A stretch of 34,394 nt of DNA. Origin: an uncultured Nitrospiraceae bacterium. Its GTDB lineage: Bacteria; Nitrospirota; Thermodesulfovibrionia; Thermodesulfovibrionales; UBA9159. The stretch is from NCBI GenBank assembly GCA_947085305.1, contig CAMTVV010000107.1, forward strand, positions 1 through 34,394, written 5' to 3'. A program made the translations under genes and the position numbers. Positions 15,946-25,012 of this stretch are shown in pieces (positions within the stretch are counted from its first letter, which is position 1; every line of letters begins with the position of its first letter). A model generated the notes under the pieces. The model was given only the letters and a program-made list of their open reading frames with translations. It did not search any database and was not told the DNA's origin.

Positions 15946-17130
15946 ATGCCAAAGAAGTATGACACCCCCTTATTGGACGAGCTGGAGAAGGGTCCGTTTC
16001 CGAGCTTTGTGACAGAGATCAAGAAGGCGGCAAAAAGAAGCGACATGGCTGCTGACGAGCTTGGCGTGCTCGAAAAATCTTACAGGGACAAACGCGGTTA
16101 CTGGAAACACGGTGGTATCGTGGGCGTCCGCGGTTATGGTTCCGGCGTTATCGGCAGATATTCGTCCCTTCCCGAAGAATTTCCGAATGTTGCAAATTTC
16201 CATACCGTCAGAATCAATTCAACCTCGGGGTTCTTCTACACCTCGAAGTTCCTGAACGAGACGTGCGATATCTGGGACAAATACGGCAGCGGGCTTACCA
16301 ACTTCCATGGTTCGACGGGAGACCTTATCCTCCTCGGAACGACTACTGAAAATCTCGAGCCTATCTTTGCTGAATTCACCTCCCGCGGGTGGGACCTGGG
16401 CGGCTCCGGCTCTGCCATGAGGACCCCGAGCTGCTGTGTCGGCCCGGCACGGTGTGAATGGGCGAACATAAATACCCTTGACATCACCTATAGCATAACA
16501 CAGGAGTTCCAGGACGAGATGCACAGGCCGGCATTCCCCTATAAATTCAAATTCAAGACAGCAGGCTGCGCAGTTGACTGTATCGCATCCATTGCCCGCG
16601 CAGACTGTTCGATCATCGGAACCTGGAAAGGCAAGATTGCCGTTGATCAGGCAGAAGTCGCAGCCTATGCCAAGAAGGGCATGAATATCTCGGAAGAGAT
16701 CGTGAACAGGTGCCCGAGCAAATGCATGAGCTACGACGGCAAAGAATTAAAGATAACGGATGAAGACTGTGTAAGATGCATGCACTGCATCGCGAAGATG
16801 ACAAAGGCGTTAAAGCCGACGGGCGAGAAAGGCGCATCGATTCTCATCGGGAGCAAGGCGCCCTTCGTTATCGGAGCTACCCTCTCATGGGTCATTGTTC
16901 CCTTCATGAAGATGGAGCCGCCCTATGACGAGTTCAAGGACCTCGTCCGGAAGATGTGGGAATACTGGGATGAGCACGGAAAGAACAGGGAGAGGATCGG
17001 CGAGCTGATCATCAGAAAGGGAATGAGGGAGTTCCTTGAGTTTATCGGAGTTGCTCCTGTTCCTCAGCAGGTGAAGGAGCCGAGGAGAGACCCGTTCTTC
17101 TTCTGGACCGAAGAAGATCTGAAGAACTAA
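15946..17130 (+). CDS. dsrA: Dissimilatory sulfite reductase alpha subunit
   Basis: Siroheme-[4Fe-4S] motif C-x5-C...C-x3-C (SCCVGPARC ... GCAVDC) and ferredoxin insert CPSKC...CVRCMHC. Strong SD AAGGAGG. Followed by dsrB and dsrD. Confidence 0.93.
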   Translation: MPKKYDTPLLDELEKGPFPSFVTEIKKAAKRSDMAADELGVLEKSYRDKRGYWKHGGIVGVRGYGSGVIGRYSSLPEEFPNVANFHTVRINSTSGFFYTSKFLNETCDIWDKYGSGLTNFHGSTGDLILLGTTTENLEPIFAEFTSRGWDLGGSGSAMRTPSCCVGPARCEWANINTLDITYSITQEFQDEMHRPAFPYKFKFKTAGCAVDCIASIARADCSIIGTWKGKIAVDQAEVAAYAKKGMNISEEIVNRCPSKCMSYDGKELKITDEDCVRCMHCIAKMTKALKPTGEKGASILIGSKAPFVIGATLSWVIVPFMKMEPPYDEFKDLVRKMWEYWDEHGKNRERIGELIIRKGMREFLEFIGVAPVPQQVKEPRRDPFFFWTEEDLKN

Positions 17131-17164
17131 ACGTATAAAGTTTAATAATACAAGGAGGAAGCTT

Positions 17165-18235
17165 ATGTCAGCACCACAGAGAAAGACAGATATCGGACCG
17201 CCTCACTATAAGGATTTCCTGCCGCCCGTGATCCAGAAGAATTACGGCGACTGGAAATATCACGAGATTATCAATCCCGGCGTTATGGTCCACGTGGCCA
17301 ACAGCGGCGATAAGATCTGGACGGTGAGGGTCGCATCGCCGAGGCTTCTGAGCACCGACACCATCAGGGACTTCTCCGCCATGGCCGAAAAGTACTGCGG
17401 CGGCTATATCAGATTTACAACAAGGAACAATGTCGAGCTGCTTGTTTCCGACGAAAAAAATCTCGAGCCTTTGCAGAAGGAGCTGAAGAGCAAGAATTAT
17501 ATGGTGGGCGGCATCGGCCCGAGAGTGAGCAATATCGTCCATACCCAGGGATGGATTCACTGCCATTCAGCGTGTACAGACGCATCCGGTATTGTTAAGG
17601 CGCTGATGGATGAATTTGCAGATTATTTCACAACAAAAGAAACACCCAACAAGGTCAGGCTGGCGGTCGCCTGCTGCGTGAATATGTGCGGCGCGGTCCA
17701 CTGCTCGGATATCGCTGTTGTCGCGATCCACAGAAAAGTTCCGGTTATAGACCACGACAAGATCAAGAACATCTGCGAGATTCCGTCCACAATCGCATCC
17801 TGTCCGACAGGCGCGATAAGCCCGGACCCTGCAAAGAAGAGCGTCAAGGTTAACAACGATAAGTGCATGTACTGCGGCAACTGCTTCACCGTCTGCCCGC
17901 CCATGGAGATCCATGACCCTGAATATGACGGAGTGGCGATCGTGGTTGGCGGTAAAGTCGGGAACCTCAGGTCCAACCCGAAATTCTCAAAGCTGGCTGT
18001 GCCGTTCATCAAGAACAATCCCCCGAGGTGGCCGGAAGTCACCGCAGCGGTAAGAAAGATCTTTGACGCATACATCGCCGGCGCGCAAAAGCACGAGAGA
18101 GTCGGTGAATGGGTTGAGAGGATCGGCTGGGAAAAGTTCTTTAAGGTCACCGGCTTGCCGTTTACCTTCCAGCACATCGATGACTTTGTGATAGCAAGGG
18201 AGACCTTCCGGACGGCGGCAACATTCAAGTGGTAA
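17165..18235 (+). CDS. dsrB: Dissimilatory sulfite reductase beta subunit
   Basis: Paired with dsrA. Cys motifs HCHSAC...[11 protein letters not shown] and ferredoxin domain CPTGA...[24 protein letters not shown]. Confidence 0.93.
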   Translation: MSAPQRKTDIGPPHYKDFLPPVIQKNYGDWKYHEIINPGVMVHVANSGDKIWTVRVASPRLLSTDTIRDFSAMAEKYCGGYIRFTTRNNVELLVSDEKNLEPLQKELKSKNYMVGGIGPRVSNIVHTQGWIHCHSACTDASGIVKALMDEFADYFTTKETPNKVRLAVACCVNMCGAVHCSDIAVVAIHRKVPVIDHDKIKNICEIPSTIASCPTGAISPDPAKKSVKVNNDKCMYCGNCFTVCPPMEIHDPEYDGVAIVVGGKVGNLRSNPKFSKLAVPFIKNNPPRWPEVTAAVRKIFDAYIAGAQKHERVGEWVERIGWEKFFKVTGLPFTFQHIDDFVIARETFRTAATFKW

Positions 18236-18311
18236 GAGAGCAGAGAAGGAAGGGGGGATATTGTCCCCCCTTTGTTTTATTATAATAACTACGTTTAAAC
18301 GGGGTGGCAGA

Positions 18312-18527
18312 ATGGAAAAAGAGGAAGTAAAACAGCGGATATATGCTTTGATCGAAAAGTCAGTAGGGAAAAAGAAACTGAAATCTTCTGATATTCAGAA
18401 GACCATATCTGCAGAAGCCGGCATTTCAAGGGATGAAGTAAAAGATGCATTAAAGGATCTCGTTGACGAAGGCAAGCTCATCTATACCTACTTCGGCGGC
18501 AGTTTTGTAGAGATCCCTCCAAAATAG
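18312..18527 (+). CDS. dsrD: DsrD (small winged-helix protein of reductive-type dsr loci)
   Basis: 71 aa immediately after dsrB. Lys-rich winged-helix-like sequence ending GKLIYTYFGGSFVEI, comparable to the known DsrD C-terminus. The track start at 18261 is a non-ATG extension. Confidence 0.8.
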   Translation: MEKEEVKQRIYALIEKSVGKKKLKSSDIQKTISAEAGISRDEVKDALKDLVDEGKLIYTYFGGSFVEIPPK

Positions 18528-18554
18528 CGGCTTCGGAATTTTGATAGATAACCG

Positions 18555-18594
18555 AAAGGCAGTCCATTTATTGGGTGAACTGCCTTTTTGTTTT
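18555..18594 (+). terminator. Rho-independent terminator after dsrABD
   Basis: AAAGGCAGT - 15-nt loop - ACTGCCTTT, running into TTTTTGTTTT. Confidence 0.7.
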
Positions 18595-18698
18595 CCTTCG
18601 ACCAGCAACCAGGATGCATATCATGAGGAGTCATCCCCTGTCTTTGGCTCCCTGGCATAACCGTATCCAGTTTTTGACACGATTGGTTATAATAAAAA

Positions 18699-20159
18699 AT
18701 GTCGCATAATTATCCGAGATTGGTTATTGCCGGGCTGAAAGGCGGCTCGGGTAAGACGACACTGTCCCTCGGATTAGTCAGGGCTTTGAAGGAAAAAGGC
18801 CTGAAGGTTGTGCCCTTCAAAAAGGGCCCAGACTATATTGATGCGGGCTGGCTTGCCAGCGCTGCAGAACATCCCTGCTACAATCTTGACCCTTTTTTGG
18901 TCGGCAGTGACCGCTTGTTGTCTTCTTTTATCACCCATGCAGGGGATTCGGATATCGCCATTATTGAAGGGAACAGGGGACTGTATGACGGTATGGACGC
19001 AGAAGGGACATACAGCACTGCTGAAGTCGCAAAGCTCCTTCGGTCACCGGTTATTCTCATCGTTGATTGTGCGAAAGTCACCCGCACTGTTGCAGCGATG
19101 ATTCTCGGAGCACAGAGATTTGACCCTGAGATAATGGTCAGGGGCGTTGTTCTGAACCGGATAGCAGGGAGCAGGCATGAGTCAGTGATACGGGCATCCA
19201 TAGAAAAATACTGCGGTCTTCCGGTTCTGGGGGCAATCCCGAGAACCGATTCAGGGGAGTTTCCCGAACGGCATATGGGACTGCTGCCGCATCAGGAGCA
19301 TCCCGATACCGCGAAGGCTATTTCTTTTGTGGAAGAGATCGCCGGGAGGTATCTCGATCTCGACGGTATCCTGAAGATCGCAAGGAGCGTTGAACCATTA
19401 GAAAAAAGCCGTGACGAGTTATCCGTAACGCGTAACGAGTTAAATAATGAGGGTAGTGCGTCTATTGTTCATCACGTATCACGCGTTACGCGTCACGGAG
19501 TAAAAATCGGAGTGGTCAGGGATTCTGCTTTTCAGTTCTATTACCCGGAGAACATTGAAGAGATGAAAGGATGCGGGGCTGATATCGTCGAGTTCAGCGC
19601 ACTTTCAGAGAGGCAGTTGCCTGATATCGATGCCCTCTATATAGGGGGTGGTTTCCCGGAAACTCATGCTATCTCACTTGCAGAAAATACCCGGTTCCGT
19701 GACTCTCTCCGGAACGCCATCGAGGAAGGTCTGCCGGTATATGCTGAGTGCGGCGGGCTTATGTACCTGGGTGAAGGACTTTTGCTCGATGACAGGATAT
19801 ACCCCATGGCGGGCATCTTTCCTTTAGTCTTTTCCCTCGAAAGAAAACCACAGGCCCACGGATACTCTGTTGCGGAAGTGGTGAAGAAAAACCCCTTTTA
19901 TCCTGAGGGAACGATTTTAAAAGGGCATGAGTTCCATTATTCGAAGCCGTGTAATGTCCTTGAGGAGACGAACGGGTTTTCGTATGCCTTCAGGATGAAA
20001 CGGGGACAGGGGATATACGAAAAGATGGACGGCATCTGTTATAAGAATGTCCTTGCCACATATACACACCTCCACGCCTTTGGCGCGCCTGAGTGGGTTG
20101 AAGGTCTGGTCAAAAAGGCCGCAGAATTCAGGGAAAGGAAGGCGTTACGAAAAGTCTGA
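18699..20159 (+). CDS. dsrN: DsrN (cobyrinic acid a,c-diamide synthase homolog; siroheme amidase)
   Basis: N-terminal CbiA-type P-loop GLKGGSGKTT. C-terminal glutamine amidotransferase domain (VRDSAFQFYYPEN, YIGGGFPE, AECGGLMYL). Position after dsrABD. Carries a 90-nt repeat element in the interdomain linker. Confidence 0.88.
   Translation: MSHNYPRLVIAGLKGGSGKTTLSLGLVRALKEKGLKVVPFKKGPDYIDAGWLASAAEHPCYNLDPFLVGSDRLLSSFITHAGDSDIAIIEGNRGLYDGMDAEGTYSTAEVAKLLRSPVILIVDCAKVTRTVAAMILGAQRFDPEIMVRGVVLNRIAGSRHESVIRASIEKYCGLPVLGAIPRTDSGEFPERHMGLLPHQEHPDTAKAISFVEEIAGRYLDLDGILKIARSVEPLEKSRDELSVTRNELNNEGSASIVHHVSRVTRHGVKIGVVRDSAFQFYYPENIEEMKGCGADIVEFSALSERQLPDIDALYIGGGFPETHAISLAENTRFRDSLRNAIEEGLPVYAECGGLMYLGEGLLLDDRIYPMAGIFPLVFSLERKPQAHGYSVAEVVKKNPFYPEGTILKGHEFHYSKPCNVLEETNGFSYAFRMKRGQGIYEKMDGICYKNVLATYTHLHAFGAPEWVEGLVKKAAEFRERKALRKV
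19409..19498. repeat. Heptad-periodic inverted-repeat element (CGTRAC-type) inserted in frame within dsrN
   Basis: Sequence: ccgtgac gagttat ccgtaac gcgtaac gagttaa - 25 nt - tcatcac gtatcac gcgttac gcgtcac gg. Terminal 8-bp perfect stem CCGTGACG/CGTCACGG. Length 90 nt, which is 30 codons. Same word family as 12055-12137. Confidence 0.75.
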
Positions 20160-20160
20160 G

Positions 20161-20805
20161 GTGAGTAATTTGACTTTATTAAAAGAAGAGATTAAGGATG
20201 CTTTGCTAGAAAGAGATTTTGAGAAAATAGTTCGACTTGCTCTTGGAAATAAAAAGGTGTTCAGCATATTGATTTCATTGGCCTATGACAAGGAGGCCCT
20301 TCTCTGCTGGAGGGCGATCGAGGCCATGGGAAAGGCTGCCGGCGCTGTTGCTGAGAAAGACCCTTTGACGGTGAGGAATATCGTTCAGCGACTCATATGG
20401 TCGGTGAGGGAGGAGTCCGGGGGGATTGGATGGAGCGCGCCCGAGATGCTTGGGGAGATAGTCATAAACAGCCCGCTTACCTGTGAGGACATCCCCCCCA
20501 TCATACTTTCATTTCATGAGGAGGAAAGCCTTCTTAAAGGCGTACTGTGGGCCATGGGAAGGATTGTCCATGCGGGGATAAGCGGGATGGAGGGTTCTTA
20601 TGAAGTCGCAAAGGCAGCGCTTAACCATAAAGACCCTTCTGCCAGAGGGCTTGCGCTCTGCGCAATTCCGGAAACAAGAATCGTAGAAACTGCGAACAAG
20701 ATTAAGGATATGATGGCTGATGAGGGAAGGCTTAAAATTTATGAGAACCATGAACTGTTCGAGACACGGGTGGGAGATATCGCCCGGAAGGTATTGAGCC
20801 ATTGA
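20161..20805 (+). CDS. Uncharacterised, apparently helical protein embedded in the dsr locus
   Basis: The ORF frame continues from 20047, but that part overlaps dsrN. Plausible starts are GTG 20161 or TTG 20170 (GAGGTG 5 nt upstream). The sequence looks helix-rich by eye (no prediction run); family not recognised. Confidence 0.6.
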   Translation: MSNLTLLKEEIKDALLERDFEKIVRLALGNKKVFSILISLAYDKEALLCWRAIEAMGKAAGAVAEKDPLTVRNIVQRLIWSVREESGGIGWSAPEMLGEIVINSPLTCEDIPPIILSFHEEESLLKGVLWAMGRIVHAGISGMEGSYEVAKAALNHKDPSARGLALCAIPETRIVETANKIKDMMADEGRLKIYENHELFETRVGDIARKVLSH

Positions 20806-20821
20806 AGGAAAGAGGGGGAGA

Positions 20822-21184
20822 TTGAGGCAAAAAATAAGGGAAGATAAGGATGAAGGGGCGAAATGTCCTTTTTGCGCAACCCTGATTAAGGCTCCGGAGG
20901 AGATAAAGACAGAGTCAGGAAAATTGATCGGCGGCAAATGCTGGTGCGGGGCTGTTTATGTGTGCGACCCCACAGGACATAATGTGGGCGAGGCATATCT
21001 TGATGCCCTTACCCATGCTTGCGGCGGAGACTGGATGAAATTTGATTCCCTGAATTCCGGGGAAACCTACCGCGAAGCTGTTTTTAACTATGACCTGAGA
21101 ACGCATAAATTATGGGAAATTAGGGATGCCCGGAGGGATTATTCCGGGAAGCTCATTTTCATAAAATTGGGTCCAAAAGGATAA
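20822..21184 (+). CDS. Uncharacterised Cys-rich (zinc-ribbon-like) protein embedded in the dsr locus
   Basis: 120 aa with CPFC-x21-CWC-x5-C near the N-terminus. TTG start after a purine-rich GAGGGGGAG. Lies between the preceding unknown gene and dsrC. Confidence 0.55.
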   Translation: MRQKIREDKDEGAKCPFCATLIKAPEEIKTESGKLIGGKCWCGAVYVCDPTGHNVGEAYLDALTHACGGDWMKFDSLNSGETYREAVFNYDLRTHKLWEIRDARRDYSGKLIFIKLGPKG

Positions 21185-21370
21185 AATAATAAACGACTCA
21201 AATTAGCCGATAAGTTATTTTTATTTGACCATATGTGGTATATTGTTTTATTGTGTATAACTTGTTTAGGATATGGCGTCTCATTTACTGAAAGATAGCG
21301 CAGCACGCGGAGGGCGCCCTTCGAGTGGAAGAATCAAAATGCAGAGCACAGAGAAAGGAGGAGTTTTGAT

Positions 21371-21706
21371 ATGCCGACAATTGATTTTCAGGGAAAGCAG
21401 TATGAGGTGGACGAGGATGGGTATCTTGTAAACCTTGATGATTGGAGCAAGGAGCTTGCAGGGCACCTCGCAAAGTTAGAAGAAGTTGAGATGACCGATT
21501 CTCATTGGGAGGTTGTCAACTTCCTGAGAGATTACTACCAGAAATACCAGATTGCGCCGATGATTAAGATCCTGGTAAAGGAAATCGGTAAGGTCATGGG
21601 GCCTGAAAAGGGAAACACGAAATATCTTTATGAGCTCTATCCGGGAGGGCCTGCAAAACAGGCATGTAAAATCGCCGGGCTCCCGAAACCGACAGGTTGT
21701 GTATAG
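21371..21706 (+). CDS. dsrC: DsrC (TusE/DsrC family sulfur carrier)
   Basis: 111 aa ending CKIAGLPKPTGCV, with both conserved C-terminal-arm cysteines. SD AAAGGAGGAG. Upstream region of about 185 nt. Confidence 0.92.
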   Translation: MPTIDFQGKQYEVDEDGYLVNLDDWSKELAGHLAKLEEVEMTDSHWEVVNFLRDYYQKYQIAPMIKILVKEIGKVMGPEKGNTKYLYELYPGGPAKQACKIAGLPKPTGCV

Positions 21707-21815
21707 GTAAAAAAGAAATAAGAAGTAGGAAGTTTTTGCATCTGCTCTTCTCTTTTTCTCTCATATCGCGTCTCTATTCCTACTTCTTTCTTTTCACTTT
21801 AGGGGGGAAGACGGG

Positions 21816-22337
21816 GTGAGTATAGACGCAAGGGGTCTTTTATTAGAAAAGAAATCCGCTCTTCTGGAACGATGGTTTGATATAGTCCTGGAGACGTATC
21901 CGCCCGATTCATCAAGTTTCCTCAAGAATAAGAAAAGGCAGTTCGCTAACCCTGTGGGATATACGATCTCCCGGGGATTGGAACACCTCCTTGATGAGCT
22001 TCTCAGGGAGGGGGAGATGGATGCTGAGAAGATATCTTCCTTCCTCGAAAGCATCATCAGGATCAGGGCAATTCAGGAGTTGACCCCGTCGCAGGCCCTG
22101 GCATTCGTGTTCCGTCTCAAGAAACTGTTGAAAGAGGAGATGGGAAGCGCGGGGACTGCGCGTTCTGAAAAAATCGAGGCGCTTGAGTCCCGGATAGACG
22201 CGATAGCCCTCATCTCTTTTGATCTCTATATGAAATGCCGGGAGAAGATTTACGAGCTGAAAGCGAACGAAGTAAGGAACATGACATTCAGGCTGTTGCA
22301 AAAGGCGAAGCTGGTATGCGAGATCCCCGGCGAGTGA
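21816..22337 (+). CDS. dsrT: DsrT (RsbRD N-terminal domain-like protein preceding dsrMKJOP)
   Basis: Position directly upstream of dsrM. The sequence pattern W.D.VLETYP....FL......FANPVG matches what I recall of RsbRD_N-type DsrT proteins. GTG start. Confidence 0.7.
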   Translation: MSIDARGLLLEKKSALLERWFDIVLETYPPDSSSFLKNKKRQFANPVGYTISRGLEHLLDELLREGEMDAEKISSFLESIIRIRAIQELTPSQALAFVFRLKKLLKEEMGSAGTARSEKIEALESRIDAIALISFDLYMKCREKIYELKANEVRNMTFRLLQKAKLVCEIPGE

Positions 22338-22394
22338 GTAGCCGGCTCGATCAATGGAAGAGATATAATTTAGAACGCAAAAAGAGGTAAGAAA

Positions 22395-23396
22395 ATGGGA
22401 TTCATAGTTGCTTTTTTTGCAGTGGTCATACTCGTTCTGATCGCCCTTGTGGGCGTGAGCGCCGGGAACATGCAGTATCTTTTCGGCGTTGTTATTCCCT
22501 ATGCTGCCATGCTCATTTTCATAACCGGCTTTATTTACCGTGTCCTGAAATGGGGGAGTTCGCCGGTGCCCTTCCGTATACCCACGACCTGCGGACAGCA
22601 GCAATCCCTGCCGTGGATTAAACAGAATAAGATTGAAAATCCCTCTACGATACTCGGCGTAGTCGTAAGGATGGCGCTGGAGGTGTTTCTCTTCCGCTCA
22701 TTGTTCAGGAACCTGAAGACCCAGATGGGTGAGGGCCAGAGGCTCGCTTATGGCGAAGCCAAATGGCTCTGGCTGGCCGGCCTGGCTTTTCACTGGTCCT
22801 TTCTGATCATTTTAGTGAGGCACCTGAGATTCTTCATCCAGAAGGTGCCTGTTCCCATACAGATGATCGAAGGACTTGACAGTTTTTTGCAGATCGGCGC
22901 GCCGCTTTTTTACATCAGCGATGCGGTGATCTTATTGGGGGTAACCTATCTTTTCGTGCGGAGGGTTTTTATTCCGCAGATGCGTTATATCTCTCTCCCG
23001 GCAGACTACTTTCCCCTCTTTCTGATTTTTGGAATTGCAGTTTCCGGCATACTCATGAGGTATTTCCTGAAGACAAATGTTACAGGAGTGAAGGAGTTGG
23101 CAATGGGACTGGTCGGCTTTATTAATCCCGACGCGAAACTCCTTGAGAGCATCGGGGTTATCTTTTATATTCATATCTTCCTTGTAAGCATTCTTTTCGC
23201 CTACTTTCCCTTCAGCAAGCTGATGCACATGGGCGGAGTTTTCCTGAGCCCGACGAGGAACATGGCGAACAACAGTCGCATGAAAAGACACATTAACCCC
23301 TGGAATTACCCTGTGAAAGTGCATACCTATGAAGAGTATGAGGATGACTTCAGGGAAAAGATGAAAGGGGCTGGGATACCAGTGGAAAAGGAGTAA
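22395..23396 (+). CDS. dsrM: DsrM (NarI-like membrane dihaem cytochrome b)
   Basis: Multi-spanning membrane protein with conserved His in the helices, immediately followed by dsrK (2-nt gap). Confidence 0.88.
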   Translation: MGFIVAFFAVVILVLIALVGVSAGNMQYLFGVVIPYAAMLIFITGFIYRVLKWGSSPVPFRIPTTCGQQQSLPWIKQNKIENPSTILGVVVRMALEVFLFRSLFRNLKTQMGEGQRLAYGEAKWLWLAGLAFHWSFLIILVRHLRFFIQKVPVPIQMIEGLDSFLQIGAPLFYISDAVILLGVTYLFVRRVFIPQMRYISLPADYFPLFLIFGIAVSGILMRYFLKTNVTGVKELAMGLVGFINPDAKLLESIGVIFYIHIFLVSILFAYFPFSKLMHMGGVFLSPTRNMANNSRMKRHINPWNYPVKVHTYEEYEDDFREKMKGAGIPVEKE

Positions 23397-23398
23397 CT

Positions 23399-25012
23399 AT
23401 GGCAAAATTTACTGCAAAACCTGATGAACTTGCAAAGATAGATTTCAGACCCCCGAAGACCGGATGGATGGATACCCCGGTCGAGATCAGGGAGCATATG
23501 TTTTGTCACGCCGCAAAACCTAAGGATCTCGAGACAGTCGGTTTCCCTAACGCCCACGAGTGGAGACCGAATGACGAGGACTGGAAACTGCCGGAAAACT
23601 GGGAACGGACGATCCTGGAGGGTATGAAAGACCTTTTGGGGAAATACCGCTCCTTCAGGCTCTTCATGGATATCTGCGTGAGATGCGGGGCCTGCGCCGA
23701 CAAGTGCCATTTCTACATCGGCACCGGAGACCCGAAGAATATGCCTGTTCTCAGGGCCGAACTCATGCGTTCAGTGTATAGAGGAAACTTCACCCTGGCA
23801 GGGAAGATCCTGAGAAAGATCGCCGGAGCAAGGGATCTGACGGTGAATGTGCTGAAAGAGTGGTGGTATTACTTCTTCCAGTGCACTGAATGCCGCCGCT
23901 GTTCCGTATTCTGTCCCTTCGGCATTGACCAGGCCGAAATCACCATGATGGGCAGGGAACTCACCAACCTGCTGGGGTTGAACATCGGCTGGATAGCCGG
24001 CCCTGTGGCAGCCTGCTACATGAAGGGAAACCATCTGGGCCTGGAGCCTCACACCATCACCTCGAGTATGGAATTCTTTGTGGATGATATAGAGACCATT
24101 ACCGGGGTCAGAGTGAACCCTACATTCAACAGGAAGGGCGCTGAGATACTCTTTGTCACCCCCTCCGGCGACCTCTTTGCGAACCCGGGAACGTATACCG
24201 CCATGGGATACCTGATGCTTTTTCATGAACTGGGACTTGACTATACCTGGAGCACCTACGCTTCTGAGGGAGGCAACTTCGGTTTCTTTACGACCAATGA
24301 GATGGCAAAGAGGCTGAACTCAAAAATATATGCTGAAGCAAAGAGGCTTGGGGTGAAATGGATCCTCGGCGGAGAGTGCGGCCATATGTGGAGGATTATC
24401 CAGCAATACATGGACACCTGGAACGGCCCTGCCGATTTTCTTCAGGAACCGGTTTCTCCCATCACCGGCACCAGGTTCGACAATGCGAAGGCTACAAAGA
24501 TGGTTCACATTGCGGAATTTACCGCGGACCTTATCAAGCATGGCAAGATCAAGCTGGATCCGGGCCGCAATGATCACCTGAAGGTGACGTTCCATGACTC
24601 CTGCAACACGTCCAGGGGAATGGGACTGCTGGAAGAGCCGAGATATATCGTTAAGAATGCCTGTAATCATTTCTACGAGATGCCGGAAGACACCATCAGG
24701 GAAAAGACCTTCTGTTGCGGAAGCGGCACCGGATTGAATGCCTCGGAAAATATGGAGCTGAGACTCAGGGGAGGATTTCCGAGGGCAAATGCGGTGAAGC
24801 ACGTCAACGAACATTATGGGGTAAACATGCTCGCCAATGTCTGCGCCATTGACAGGGCTGCCCTGTCGACCTCCATGGATTATTGGGTTCCCGGGGTAGG
24901 TGTTTGCGGTGTTCATGAGCTGGTCGGCAATGCCCTTGTGATGAAGGGAGAAAAGGAGAGGACTCAGGATTTACGCCTTGAACCTCTTCCCGGGAAGGAG
25001 GTTAACGAGTAA
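23399..25012 (+). CDS. dsrK: DsrK (HdrD-like iron-sulfur catalytic subunit)
   Basis: Two ferredoxin-type motifs CVRCGACADKC and CTECRRCSVFCP, plus C-terminal CCG-type Cys motifs (FHDSC..., FCCGSG). Confidence 0.9.
   Translation: MAKFTAKPDELAKIDFRPPKTGWMDTPVEIREHMFCHAAKPKDLETVGFPNAHEWRPNDEDWKLPENWERTILEGMKDLLGKYRSFRLFMDICVRCGACADKCHFYIGTGDPKNMPVLRAELMRSVYRGNFTLAGKILRKIAGARDLTVNVLKEWWYYFFQCTECRRCSVFCPFGIDQAEITMMGRELTNLLGLNIGWIAGPVAACYMKGNHLGLEPHTITSSMEFFVDDIETITGVRVNPTFNRKGAEILFVTPSGDLFANPGTYTAMGYLMLFHELGLDYTWSTYASEGGNFGFFTTNEMAKRLNSKIYAEAKRLGVKWILGGECGHMWRIIQQYMDTWNGPADFLQEPVSPITGTRFDNAKATKMVHIAEFTADLIKHGKIKLDPGRNDHLKVTFHDSCNTSRGMGLLEEPRYIVKNACNHFYEMPEDTIREKTFCCGSGTGLNASENMELRLRGGFPRANAVKHVNEHYGVNMLANVCAIDRAALSTSMDYWVPGVGVCGVHELVGNALVMKGEKERTQDLRLEPLPGKEVNE

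Noticed and set aside
15946-18235. Possible truncation of DsrA (394 aa) and DsrB (356 aa), which seem slightly short
   Set aside because: All siroheme/Fe-S and ferredoxin-domain cysteine motifs are present and the ORFs are uninterrupted. Length variation of this size is within what I recall for the family. It cannot be judged further without alignment.
20047-20160. Long ATG start for the helical unknown protein, overlapping dsrN by 113 nt
   Set aside because: The extension lies entirely inside the conserved dsrN C-terminus in another frame. GTG 20161 or TTG 20170 (with GAGGTG) directly after the dsrN stop are more plausible.
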